From positions 9,486,001 through 9,550,000 of the forward strand of contig NC_092674.1 in the NCBI RefSeq assembly GCF_964355755.1: DNA of 64,000 nucleotides. The letters are read 5' to 3'. This document shows positions 54,250 through 64,000 of the stretch, in pieces; position 1 is the first letter of the stretch; each line of letters begins with the position of its first letter. The DNA is from Antedon mediterranea (Eukaryota; Animalia; Echinodermata). The notes under the pieces are model-generated. The model was not told the origin of the DNA. It ran no database searches and saw only the letters and a list, made by a program, of their open reading frames with translations. Both the position numbers and the translations under genes were made by a program.

Positions 54250-55416
54250 TATATATATTGGCTTATTTGAATAATTCTTTACTTTAGAACGAAATTTGGG
54301 CTCTCCATTGATTATGAACTGTATTTCTATATTAAATGTTATTTTTTAATGAGAAAATTACACGGGGTGCTATAAAACATTTTTGCAAGAAAAGTAGTGC
54401 AGGCGATGACATCAAATTGACAGCTTGCGTCGAACATTATAATTCTGCAGATTAATATCATAATACGTAAAATAAATTATTTTGACAAGATTATACTTTT
54501 TGACATTTATGTATTGTTGTCACCAAATTTGACAAAGAAGCGTCAATTTCCAATCAATAATATTATCCTTCAATTAGGCTAGTTATCGATTTTTAATCAT
54601 TGTATGAGTGATATATGCCGTGATCATTTTGTAGCGATATAAATACTATAAATAAAAACAAATTATAATATAAATACACGACGTAAAAGAAGAATGTATA
54701 AAATAAGGAAGCTATAATGATGATAATGAAGAGTTTGAATTCTACTATACGGTTTTTTTCTTCTTCCTTATTTTTCATTTTAAAATTACGGTTACGGAAC
54801 TTACATCTTTTTCATTCATTCATTCGTTCGTTCGTCTTTTTATTTCGAAATACCATGATCACATAATATATTTATAGCACATCTAAGAATTTTTTCACGT
54901 CACGAGTACTCACAGATATGAGTAGAACGACGAGTTAGTAAGAATTTTTTTTACAAATGTTTATTTGTTCTCATAAAAAAATTTAATTTTTTTTTCTACA
55001 ATCGTGATAATCCAATAACGAATAGCGTTCAAGCTATATAATTCTAAATAACGTTTAGTTGGCGTTACTCGGTATCACCTTGTCACTTGTATCCACTTTT
55101 CACCGTGGCATCTGCTACCATAATGAATCATTAGGCACCCGATTCTGTGGCACCCGACTTTCTGTAGAAGACTGTTTTCCAGTCTACCAGATACCTGACC
55201 GTATTAAGTACTTTTAATACACTCTTAATACACTAATATACTCTATACTTAGGTTCCTATCTAGAGACAATGTATAACGATAATGTGTATCACCTTTTTT
55301 AGAAGGGCATAATAAATACCGTAGCTAGGCCTACTACGTCTTTGATGTCCTTGTTTATATTGTCGAATTTGGGTCGTGTATGTACCTATGTTAACTGTAC
55401 TGTTTTGACAACGTAA

Positions 55417-55612
55417 AGCTCTGTATACACTATCAAATTTTATGTGACAACAAAAATGTGATGTGCCCATATATGAACATGATGATTTCATAACTACCAT
55501 ATTTAATCATATCACTGCCATATTGGGGAACATCACACTTTTTTGTCAAACTGGTTTGATAGTGTAGACAGGGAAGAGTGAAATTTCTATATTTTCGGGT
55601 ATAGACAGAGCT
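55417..55612. mobile_element. MITE family A copy with TAA TSD; right TIR interrupted by a 30-bp insert
   Basis: TAA-AGCTCTGTATACACTATCAAA ... TTTGATAGTGTAGA[insert]GTATAGACAGAGCT-TAA. Confidence 0.85.
55569..55598 (+). mobile_element. 30-bp CAGGGAAGAGTG-type mini-element with 7-bp TSD
   Basis: GTGTAGA-CAGGGAAGAGTGAAATTTCTATATTTTCGG-GTATAGA; removing the insert plus one repeat restores the family-A TIR GTGTAGACAGAGCT. Confidence 0.7.
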
Positions 55613-56006
55613 TAATTTGAATTGTTCTAATTTTATTTGGCGTAATTCTCCTTTAAATATTGACAAAATTCTGCTCATCATTTAACATCATTTGAGAGTG
55701 CATACATTACTTTATATATATATAATGTTATTATCATATCAATATTGATAATGATGTCAATATATTTGTAATTGTCCTTTCATCGTTGTTCCACGCATCG
55801 TTAATCATACGCGATCAATATACATTAATTAAAAGTGTTTGTTACTATAATGTAGAGCAACAGAAGTGTATCTAACATTAAAACATCACTATGAGATGAG
55901 ACTTCAGTGCTCATGTAATCATTCATGTGCATCTGTTTAAATATTATATCTATAATAGTGATGTTTTTTTCAGTAATCCATGATATAACGAAGGCGTTTA
56001 TGTTAA

Positions 56007-56138
56007 CGAAAACGCAACGCAGCGACGTAAAGCGTTGTATTGCGTAATACCAAGTGGGAACCGACGACGTAATACAGTAGTGCTGCATTCACAATTTTAT
56101 TAGAAGGGCATTTGCTTACGTTGCGTGCAAACCAAGCT
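56007..56138. mobile_element. Partial copy of the 46952-47396 element
   Basis: ACGCAACGCAGCGACGT...TTGCGTAAT..CAAGTGGGAACCGACGACG...CTTACGTTGCGT shared. Confidence 0.7.
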
Positions 56139-57555
56139 TCAGATACTGTATAACGTTATAACGCTGTTTAATATTTCAATTTCAATCTAATTTCCACAAT
56201 AATTATAATAACATACAGGATTAAATACAGTAAAGTAATCATAGGGTGTGGGGGGGGGGGGAGGGGTTGATGGGGGAGTCATATAAGTCATTAAATATAA
56301 CATTAAATAGGAAAAAAGGGAAAAAAAATACATAGACTAATAATAAATATAAAAAAACAAAGCTACAATTTCTATTTAAACCACTTTATACGATCTTCCG
56401 TTATAAATTACCGTCACCATCCCGATGGGAACGTCGCTCATGTTAATGCTAATAGGCCTACAAGGTATTTTAGATTTACAAGTGTTATTAATAAATAATA
56501 ATTTATTCGAAAATTAATCCTAAAATATCAACATATCGGACCGACCAGAAAGAAAGATATTCGAATCACCGGCGGCTCTGAAAACGTTTCTTATAATCTG
56601 TATTATCATACGATTGTTTGTTCCAGTTCTTCAAAGCTACAACATACACATGTTACCAACCTACATTTTTTATTACAATCTTTGCTAATTAAATATATTT
56701 TTTCAGTTAGCAATAGAAATATTATTGCCGTCGTGTGCCCATGGGATGTTGTTGATGCGTTTGTAAGTGGTTTGTCGACATATTTCAGTTAGATATGAAA
56801 GATTCTAACGTTGTCTTCTAAATATGAACATTCTTAATGCACATGAGACCTAATTTGACTTACGACCGCGTGACGTGCCTGTCTAGGCCTACTTTTGTTT
56901 AAAAAGTATCTAATAAAGTTGCGTAGTATGTTGCCATGTTGCCATGTCGATCGTCTGCATTATTTCCATTCGTCCTCGATGGTGATAAAATATTAAGATT
57001 AAAATATTAAGAAATTAAAAACAAAAGAACTGCTGCCTCGCTCAACCTGAAACAGTAAAGAGGCACAGCAATTACGAGTTTAGTAAATAGTTTAATAAAT
57101 TATCATTTAATTCATTATTAGGCCTATTTATCTGTATAGTTAATGGTATGATTTTGTGTTTTTTGTAAAATTATTTTCCAAGTCAAATCAAGAGAGTTTC
57201 ATATAGATCTTACCCATAGAGTATTAAGTTAGGCCCCTCTGATGTTTGTTCATTGAGAAATGACTTATTTCTCAAAGGTCTACCTCTTACATTTTTTTTA
57301 TTAGGCCTAATAACAATTATTACTATTAATATATTTTTGCAATTAACTTATGTCATTACTTCTTTTCACAATATCATAAACACAATAAGTAAACAATTAT
57401 TTCACCTTGATATATCAAATAAAATGATGTATGTTTATCTCAATATTATCAAGTCACTGTTCGTAGCCTACACAATTGGATTGCATTCTCCAGTAATTTG
57501 TGTTTGAAAAATATATAAAGAAAAAACTCGGAGTGAGGAAACTAGTGTGTTGTAT

Positions 57556-57584
57556 CAGGGAAGAGTGAAATTACATATTCTCTG
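57556..57584 (+). mobile_element. 29-bp CAGGGAAGAGTG-type mini-element with 7-bp TSD
   Basis: GTTGTAT-CAGGGAAGAGTGAAATTACATATTCTCTG-GTTGTGT (6/7). Confidence 0.6.
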
Positions 57585-58189
57585 GTTGTGTCTACAGTGG
57601 CGAACAAACCCAATAGGCCAATGTTATTGATTATTTATATAGTGACATTATTGTTATATCCATACTTATTAGGAAGAATGTTACAGATGCGATATTAATC
57701 TATTTTTATTGATCCATAATAAACTATAAATTCCTTCATGGTACAAAGTAGTTCTTCTCACATTAAATTAAGAATTTGAAACGAAGTAAGTATATATGCT
57801 GTAAAATGCATCATTTACATTCTGAAGATTGATAATGATACTCGACCGGGAATATAGTCATTTTGACAGATAAAACGAAAGTATGCAATTGTAGAGTTCG
57901 TTAGATCTTCTGTATTTTAACAGCGTTTCACTTCATTACCGGTTCGTTAGCAGTTAATGTATATTACCAAAGTATCTGTTTTAAATAGAACAAAGTATGT
58001 GTGATGCCTGAACTCAAAATACAGAGACCTTCTTTATTTTGAGTGTGAATCAAATAGCGTATGACGACAGATCCAGTGGCTATATACACATAATAATGTA
58101 CCGTAGTGTGTTATAATACCATACAGTGACAGATATAATTGAGATAACATGAATGAATAATAATATGTATTGAAACTACACCTTTACCA

Positions 58190-58528
58190 CGGTGGCACAC
58201 GTTCATACACGGTGTGTTCTTAAAAATAAAAATATAGACAACAAACAGATACAAAAGCAATACAACAGATACACAAATAATACCAACCACAATCGTTTCG
58301 GTTTCATGCAACGTATGTTGAATAGTTGTAATATTCTTATTGCTTGTGTTTGCCGCAAACATTATGCTTCATAATTAAAAAATGTATTGAAGTATCTTTT
58401 ATGTTTAAGCATGGAGTATAGCTCCATTGTATGAGCTTAAATTTGTGAATTCTCTTTTTTCTTTTTCTGTTTGTACGTTTGTTGATATGGATGGAATTTT
58501 TTCGAAATAAAATAAACTGAATTGAATT
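58190..58528 (+). mobile_element. Possible highly decayed LINE 3' end
   Basis: HVHTR and frameshifted QSFRFHA resemble CR1/L2 ORF2 C-terminal motifs; ends AATAAAATAAACTGAATTGAATT, a typical tail. Confidence 0.35.
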
Positions 58529-60045
58529 ATTTAATTGTTAATAATGGTGTGATATATTGGATATAAATGCTTATTTTTGTTTGTAATATCGAAATACCTT
58601 ATATAACTAAGAATAAAAACTAAAGATCATGCAATCTGAACCGCGAAATTAAAATAGACATTATTTACAGATTCACAACAATGAAATTTAATAATTCAGA
58701 AATTCAAATTTGCATAATTTAGTTATTTTCTAATATTAATATTGTCATCTATTAAAATAATAAGATAGTGAAAGACCTATCAGTGACGGTAATGTAAAAA
58801 ATAACCCTAATGTCATATTCGAAGACAATACAAACCACTTTATGTTAGATAACATTATTATTTTAACAAAAATATTTAATTTTATTCGCGCCCTCTATAA
58901 TGTGTGGTATTTTTTTTGCGCCCTCTTTAATTACAATTACAATAAACGTACCTCATTCGTAAAGTGTCATCATCTGAAAAATATTAGTCAAGTTGTTGTT
59001 ATTATTAAATGTTATTCTTTGCTACTCACAGAAAATTTACATAATTTATAAAAAAAATCTTTTTCATGAGACAGAAACATCAATTGTCCAAATTCTTGTT
59101 TCTTTAGATTACGTCATGATACAGAAAATACGACACGCTGGAAAGAAACTAATCTATTGACTGACAAATGTAAAAATGTATATTTATTTATATATTTGAA
59201 CTTACACCTTTAGATCGGTGGCACTCAATCAATGACAATTGGTGCGTTCGTAAATAAAAGTTAAAAACTCACAAACTTAACTAAACAAATATGTATTGTT
59301 TGAAGGTTTACATGGCGAAAAGTGTGCAGTACACCACGTATATTAGTTCTGAAATAAACTGTTGAGTTTCTCGACGTTTCGATCAATATGCTTTGATCGT
59401 CCTCACTCATAGATGCTCTAAAATTATTTTTTATGAAATAAGATAAAAGAATTCATGAATACCAACAATCTCTGTGAGGTGCATCAAGACAAAAATAAGA
59501 ATTTCCAAAAAATAATACTGAACCGCTTTTTAGTGAGGGCGCGCTATTTAATGTTTCTGCTCACATTGAAGATAAAAATTAACTCGAGTTTTTAATAAGC
59601 TTTTGTCACCAATATATCGCGTTTTTCTGAGAATCAACACATCACACTTGTTTCACTTCTTTTTTTTTACATCAAGTTTGATAGTGTACTGAGCTTTTGC
59701 CGTGCAGTGTATACACACAGGTATGCAACGTGATACGGTCCAGTTTTAGACAAAATTAATTAAGCTATTGAGTAATAAACCGCGGGGTTCAAATTAACGT
59801 GAAGGAAAATTACTAACAAAAAACCCATGAAATAATAGACTAGCCCAAATCGCCGTCTCAACCAATAAGAATCGCGAGTTCTTACACATGAGATGGAATT
59901 ACATTCCGTCTTTTTAGCTGATATCGGCTTGAGATTGGATGTGGTACCATATCATTAGCGAATATTTAGTATTTTTATAAAGTCATTTTTAAATACAACA
60001 TCTAGAAGTAGGAATTTCTTTTCAACGTTGTTTAGAATATTTAAA

Positions 60046-60098
60046 ATGACCACTGATAAGCAAGAAAAGGTGGGAAAAGACGTCGGAGATTATCAAAG
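60046..60098 (+). CDS. Candidate alternative first coding exon of downstream gene (MTTDKQEKVGKDVGDYQ)
   Basis: Acceptor-like TTGTTTAG ends at 60035, AAAATG start, donor AAG|GTTTGT in phase 2, compatible with exon 63209. Confidence 0.45.
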
Positions 60099-60935
60099 GT
60101 TTGTAAGCCTCTCTTACGTGTGTGAAATGGGATACCGTTTTGGACATTCTTAAGACGTGATGATGCGAGAAAGCTAGGCTAGCAGCATGATATTGTGGTC
60201 TCCTCGTGGTACTTGACAACGCGATCACGGCAGTGTGCGGAGGGATAATCCATTTGTTTTTTTCTCTTTGTTCGCCCAATTATTTCCATTTTGTTAGTGT
60301 AGAATTAATGTCTTGTAATACAATTTAGCCAGCTTGACTGAATTGGAGCATGTTCTTCCTCGAGTCTAGCGTGTCATGAATATATTATGTTTTATTTATT
60401 TTACTACTACAACTTAATTGATAAGTTAATATTTTTACCAAAAAGAGGAGCAAACATTTTCTGTTTTGACCATTCCGTTAGAAAGGTCAGATGTAAATTC
60501 AATTGTTGACTCATTATTTATTATACAAACTGTTCTTTGTCACTTACCAAGCCCTAGATAGTAGGTGGTATTGTTTTAATTTAATGTAATGATTACTGCT
60601 GCAGAAATAATAACAAACCCCTCATCACAATTTTGCAATAATAGTACTTGCCTACTGACTGTTATAACGCTAGGTAAATAACCCCTAACTGTACTACTGT
60701 GATGCCTCATTATGTCAAATTTTATTTTAAAGCAAAATAATGATGTACATGTTGTTAAACTGTACTGTCTGTACACTAAAAAATCCTAATAATTCCTAAG
60801 TAACCCCATAAACCTCAAACTGTTCTAATTTTAGACATTATCATCTACTGTGTTGACATCGTACTGCCCAGAATGCAGTTCAATGAGGTCAAAGTGATAG
60901 TAATAATCCATTTTATCGATGTGTATTTTTAAGAT

Positions 60936-60978
60936 ACATTTTTTTTGTCACATAAAGTTTGATAGTGTAGACAGAGCT
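60936..60978. mobile_element. MITE family A right-end fragment
   Basis: ACATTTTTTTTGTCACATAAAGTTTGATAGTGTAGACAGAGCT; another fragment at ~59638-59695. Confidence 0.7.
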
Positions 60979-61013
60979 TCACACCATTTTTAATACTGGC
61001 TGGACCCAATTTA

Positions 61014-61677
61014 AGGATCTTTCACACTTGTTCCGGTCCAGCGCCGGAAAATCCAAGCGAACGTCAATGTTTCATTTTTAAGCGGTTACACGCATATCAA
61101 TTGGTGCATAGCCGTGTGGACGGGTATTGCTAAACACCGCAAACCTCCAAAAAAAACATAGCAAACCCCATCGAACCAACATAAAAAAAGTTATTGAATC
61201 ATGTAGTGTACAACCCACTAGGTATATCCATGTAAAAAAAATATTAAATTTCTACTGTTAACTACTTATTTTTGGGGTAAAACATCATTTTTTGGTAAAA
61301 AATGATTGCTAATTTTTAACCAAAAAATGTTTTATTCCCAAAAAAGTAGTTAACAGTAGAAATTTAATAATTTATATGTCCCAGTGGGTCGTACACTACA
61401 TTATTCAATCACTTTTATGTTGGTTCGGTGGGGTTTGCTGTGGTTTTTTGGAGGTTTGCGGGGTTTAGCAATCATTTTTTATCTCAAAAATAAGTTGTTA
61501 ACCAGTAGAAATTAAATTTTTTTTTTACATGGATATACCCAGTGGGTTGTATTGTACACTACATGATTCAATCACTTTTATGTTGGTTCGATGGGGTTTG
61601 CTATGTTTTTTTGGAGGTTTGCGGTGTTTAGCCGGACCGTGGACCGGAACTGTACTGAAACAGGTGTGAAAGGCCTT
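61014..61677. mobile_element. Harbinger-like MITE hosting a foldback element
   Basis: TIRs AGGATCTTTCACACTTGTT / AACAGGTGTGAAAGGCCT, inner TTCCGGTCCA / TGGACCGGAA; TTA flanks. Confidence 0.7.
61121..61639. mobile_element. Foldback (Mutator-like) element with ~150-bp arms, one arm duplicated
   Basis: GCTAAACACCGCAAACCTCC...CTACTGTTAAC forward at ~61128-61280; reverse copies at ~61335-61472 and ~61485-61632. Confidence 0.85.
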
Positions 61678-61703
61678 TTAAACCGGTAAATCACTGATTA
61701 CTA

Positions 61704-62547
61704 CCGTATATTTTGGTGTATTAAAGTCGCACCTGTGTATAAGACGCACCCCCTAACTGAGAGTAAAATATCGGTATTTTTTATATCGTCGATGTATAAG
61801 ACGCACCTTATATTTCATAAAAACAATTAAAAAAAAAATTGTAATCAATATTTTTGTAATGATAATTTTGTTATATCTACAACGGCGTCCTTTATTTAGG
61901 TTTTTTCTTACCTAGGCTCGGCCGCACCCAGCCTCAACAAGTTCTTTCTAACTTGTTATTTATGAGTTTCGCACCCGCAACATCGAGTGCATGGTGTGTG
62001 TGTAACACGTACGTGTGTGTGGGCTAGCCTCGATCGATCATTTCGAGAGGGCGCACGTTTTCACGGACAATCGTATTCGATTAGTATCTATGTATCCGAG
62101 AAGTGTGTACCCTAGGTCCATGCTAGTATAATCACCTGGAGAATATACTAGTCGAATACCGTACACCATGTGGCCACCCAAGAAGGGCTTGCGCTAGGGG
62201 TCGGCGATCGTGCGTATAACTATAAATAAATACTAGCCTATTCCAATCGTAAACGTTTAAAAATCAATTTTGATCGGAGCGCCTAAAACAGCAGCTCCAT
62301 AATGAACAAATCTTTTCATCATATTTAGTATAACATCATGCTAAAATGCCTTGAAAACTAGGCAGAAGCAGGTTGCCGTTACGTTAGTATACTGTAGCTA
62401 GGCATAGCCTACTCAGGCCTAGCAAACGAGGTGACAATATGTACAATCTGTGTGGTGAGGCATTTATGTTCGGTGTATAAGACGCACACTTAATTTAGAG
62501 GTCTAATTTGCGTGACAAAAGTGCGACTTATACACCGAAACATACGG
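61704..62547. mobile_element. 844-bp non-autonomous Tc2/pogo-like element
   Basis: TA-CCGTATATTTTGGTGTAT..AGTCGCAC ... GTGCGACTTATACACCGAAACATACGG-TA; internal TGTATAAGACGCAC direct repeats; no transposase ORF. Confidence 0.88.
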
Positions 62548-63208
62548 TATATGTCTTATACATTGGCAACATAGAAAATACTGGTATTTCAGTCTCTGTT
62601 AATGGGTGCGTCTTATTATTATACATGTGCCACTTGTTCACCAATCGGTTTATGCTTAATAATTTAAATTGAGAGTAGTTGCGAGGGATAAAGTGCATTT
62701 TCGGTTAATTGCATGTGTTGTTTAGTAGTAGTACCCAACGTACTCATAAATATTAGTACAAAATTTGTTGAATACAAGTATACGGTTGTAGCTATACAGT
62801 TTTGTCAGCAACTACCGTATATGATAATTAACATATTGTAACCAATGCTAATTTACTATACGTTAATAATGATTAGGTGGCTGAATACAACAAGAATGTG
62901 GAAATTGGGTATACAGTATTTGAAGCTGTTGACAAAGCAATATAGTTAATAGTGTCTGTAGCAACGACGACGAACTAAACAAAGAAATTAATTATTGATT
63001 TTTACAGTGTTGGATATCTTAATACTGTACACATGTTAATGTATCCTTTTGCCTTCATTCCTCAAGAGCCTTTCTTTCCGTTTATGATCTAGGAACATAG
63101 GCAGACTTGTGGTAATAATTTTGTATTGTACAATAGCGATGGCTGTTGGTTATATACACATGTTGAAAATATACTGTTGACTTTCATATTTATGTATTTT
63201 GATTTCAG

Positions 63209-63296
63209 GGTACCCTCTGTAGAGAAGACGCCTTTGTCTGAAGGGAATTTTGATAAGATGGAAGCAGAAAAAGTTCCAGTAAAAGATACTCATATG
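63209..63296 (+). CDS. Candidate coding exon of downstream gene (VPSVEKTPLSEGNFDKMEAEKVPVKDTHM)
   Basis: Acceptor TATTTTGATTTCAG, 1+87 nt open frame, donor ATG|GTATGA in phase 0. Confidence 0.6.
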
Positions 63297-63969
63297 GTAT
63301 GATACAGTGCTACTTTAAATTGATTGTATTTTGTGGAAACTAAATCCCTCTTAACATCATAAAAGTGTTTAGAACTATCTCTTGACCAGGAGGACTCTTG
63401 TCCCCTGGACCGGAGATAATAGTACGATAGTAGTCCAATACTTCTGGTTCTTGTACTATGGAAGTTAAAATTTACATGTATACTATGGATTATGGATTTC
63501 ACTGTCTTTTATAAACATGATGATGCCATTTCACATGTATTCATGATCATCTTCCCTTTAATGGTTCACTATACATATCGCATTTAAACATTTCTTGATT
63601 CATAAATCTAAAAATAAATGAGCTATATTACTTTAAACAATAAAGTATTCTTCAAGTTTAATACCATGAAACAATGATAACAAACAAAATAGCTTATATA
63701 CAGGTTAGTCCCATAGGAAGTCATTATACAAACATACACTGCAAGTTGCATCTGACTTCCTGTTTAACCTTGAATATCAATCAGCTCTAATCTAAAGTGG
63801 TCATCAACAGATGAAAATAATAACAATTATTATATACACTGAAAGTGGAACTCAATAGCGCACATTAAAAACTGCGTTACAACTGCTTCCTTGTATTATC
63901 AGAATATTGTAAAGTAATTAGCTTTAAATTAGGTGCAATTTCCAAGAACTCTTAGTATCTTTTTCACAG

Positions 63970-64000
63970 GTCCCTCTGATTGAATATCCAGAGATATTAA
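63970..64000 (+). CDS. Next coding exon, runs off the window (VPLIEYPEIL...)
   Basis: Acceptor TCTTTTTCACAG; open in phase 0, matching the previous donor. Confidence 0.55.

Noticed and set aside
1-64000. Conserved miRNA, rRNA, snRNA or an autonomous transposase/RT gene
   Set aside because: No matches recognised by eye and no long ORF besides ANKRD50; an Rfam/miRBase search would be needed to exclude small RNAs.

Overview
AT-rich metazoan genomic DNA (invertebrate-like; an echinoderm is plausible but that is only an inference), not prokaryotic. The one firmly identifiable gene is an ANKRD50 orthologue (28564-33534, +): a P-loop/STAND-type NTPase, a long ankyrin array, a Ser/Gln/His-rich tail and a C-terminal ETPL motif, all in a single coding exon. 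A second, unidentified multi-exon + strand gene can be pieced together from phase-compatible small exons (35.4, 44.3, 60.0, 63.2, 64.0 kb). The rest is non-coding and dense with non-autonomous DNA transposons (Harbinger-like, Kolobok-like TTAA, Tc2/pogo-like, foldback, Helentron-associated HINEs), several nested in one another, plus LINE 3' ends and tandem repeats. The most unusual signal is a multi-class record of putative transposon excision scars: (i) 21-36 bp CA...TG mini-elements with 7-8 bp target duplications resembling P-superfamily footprints, (ii) about 40 exact TAGGCCTA octamers, with two near-matches appearing as insertions at TA sites, and (iii) about 50 TACAGTA/TACTGTA Tc1-type footprint motifs. 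A CpG-poor to CpG-rich transition lies near 17 kb. All counts were made by eye. No autonomous transposase, CRISPR array or rRNA/tRNA gene was seen.
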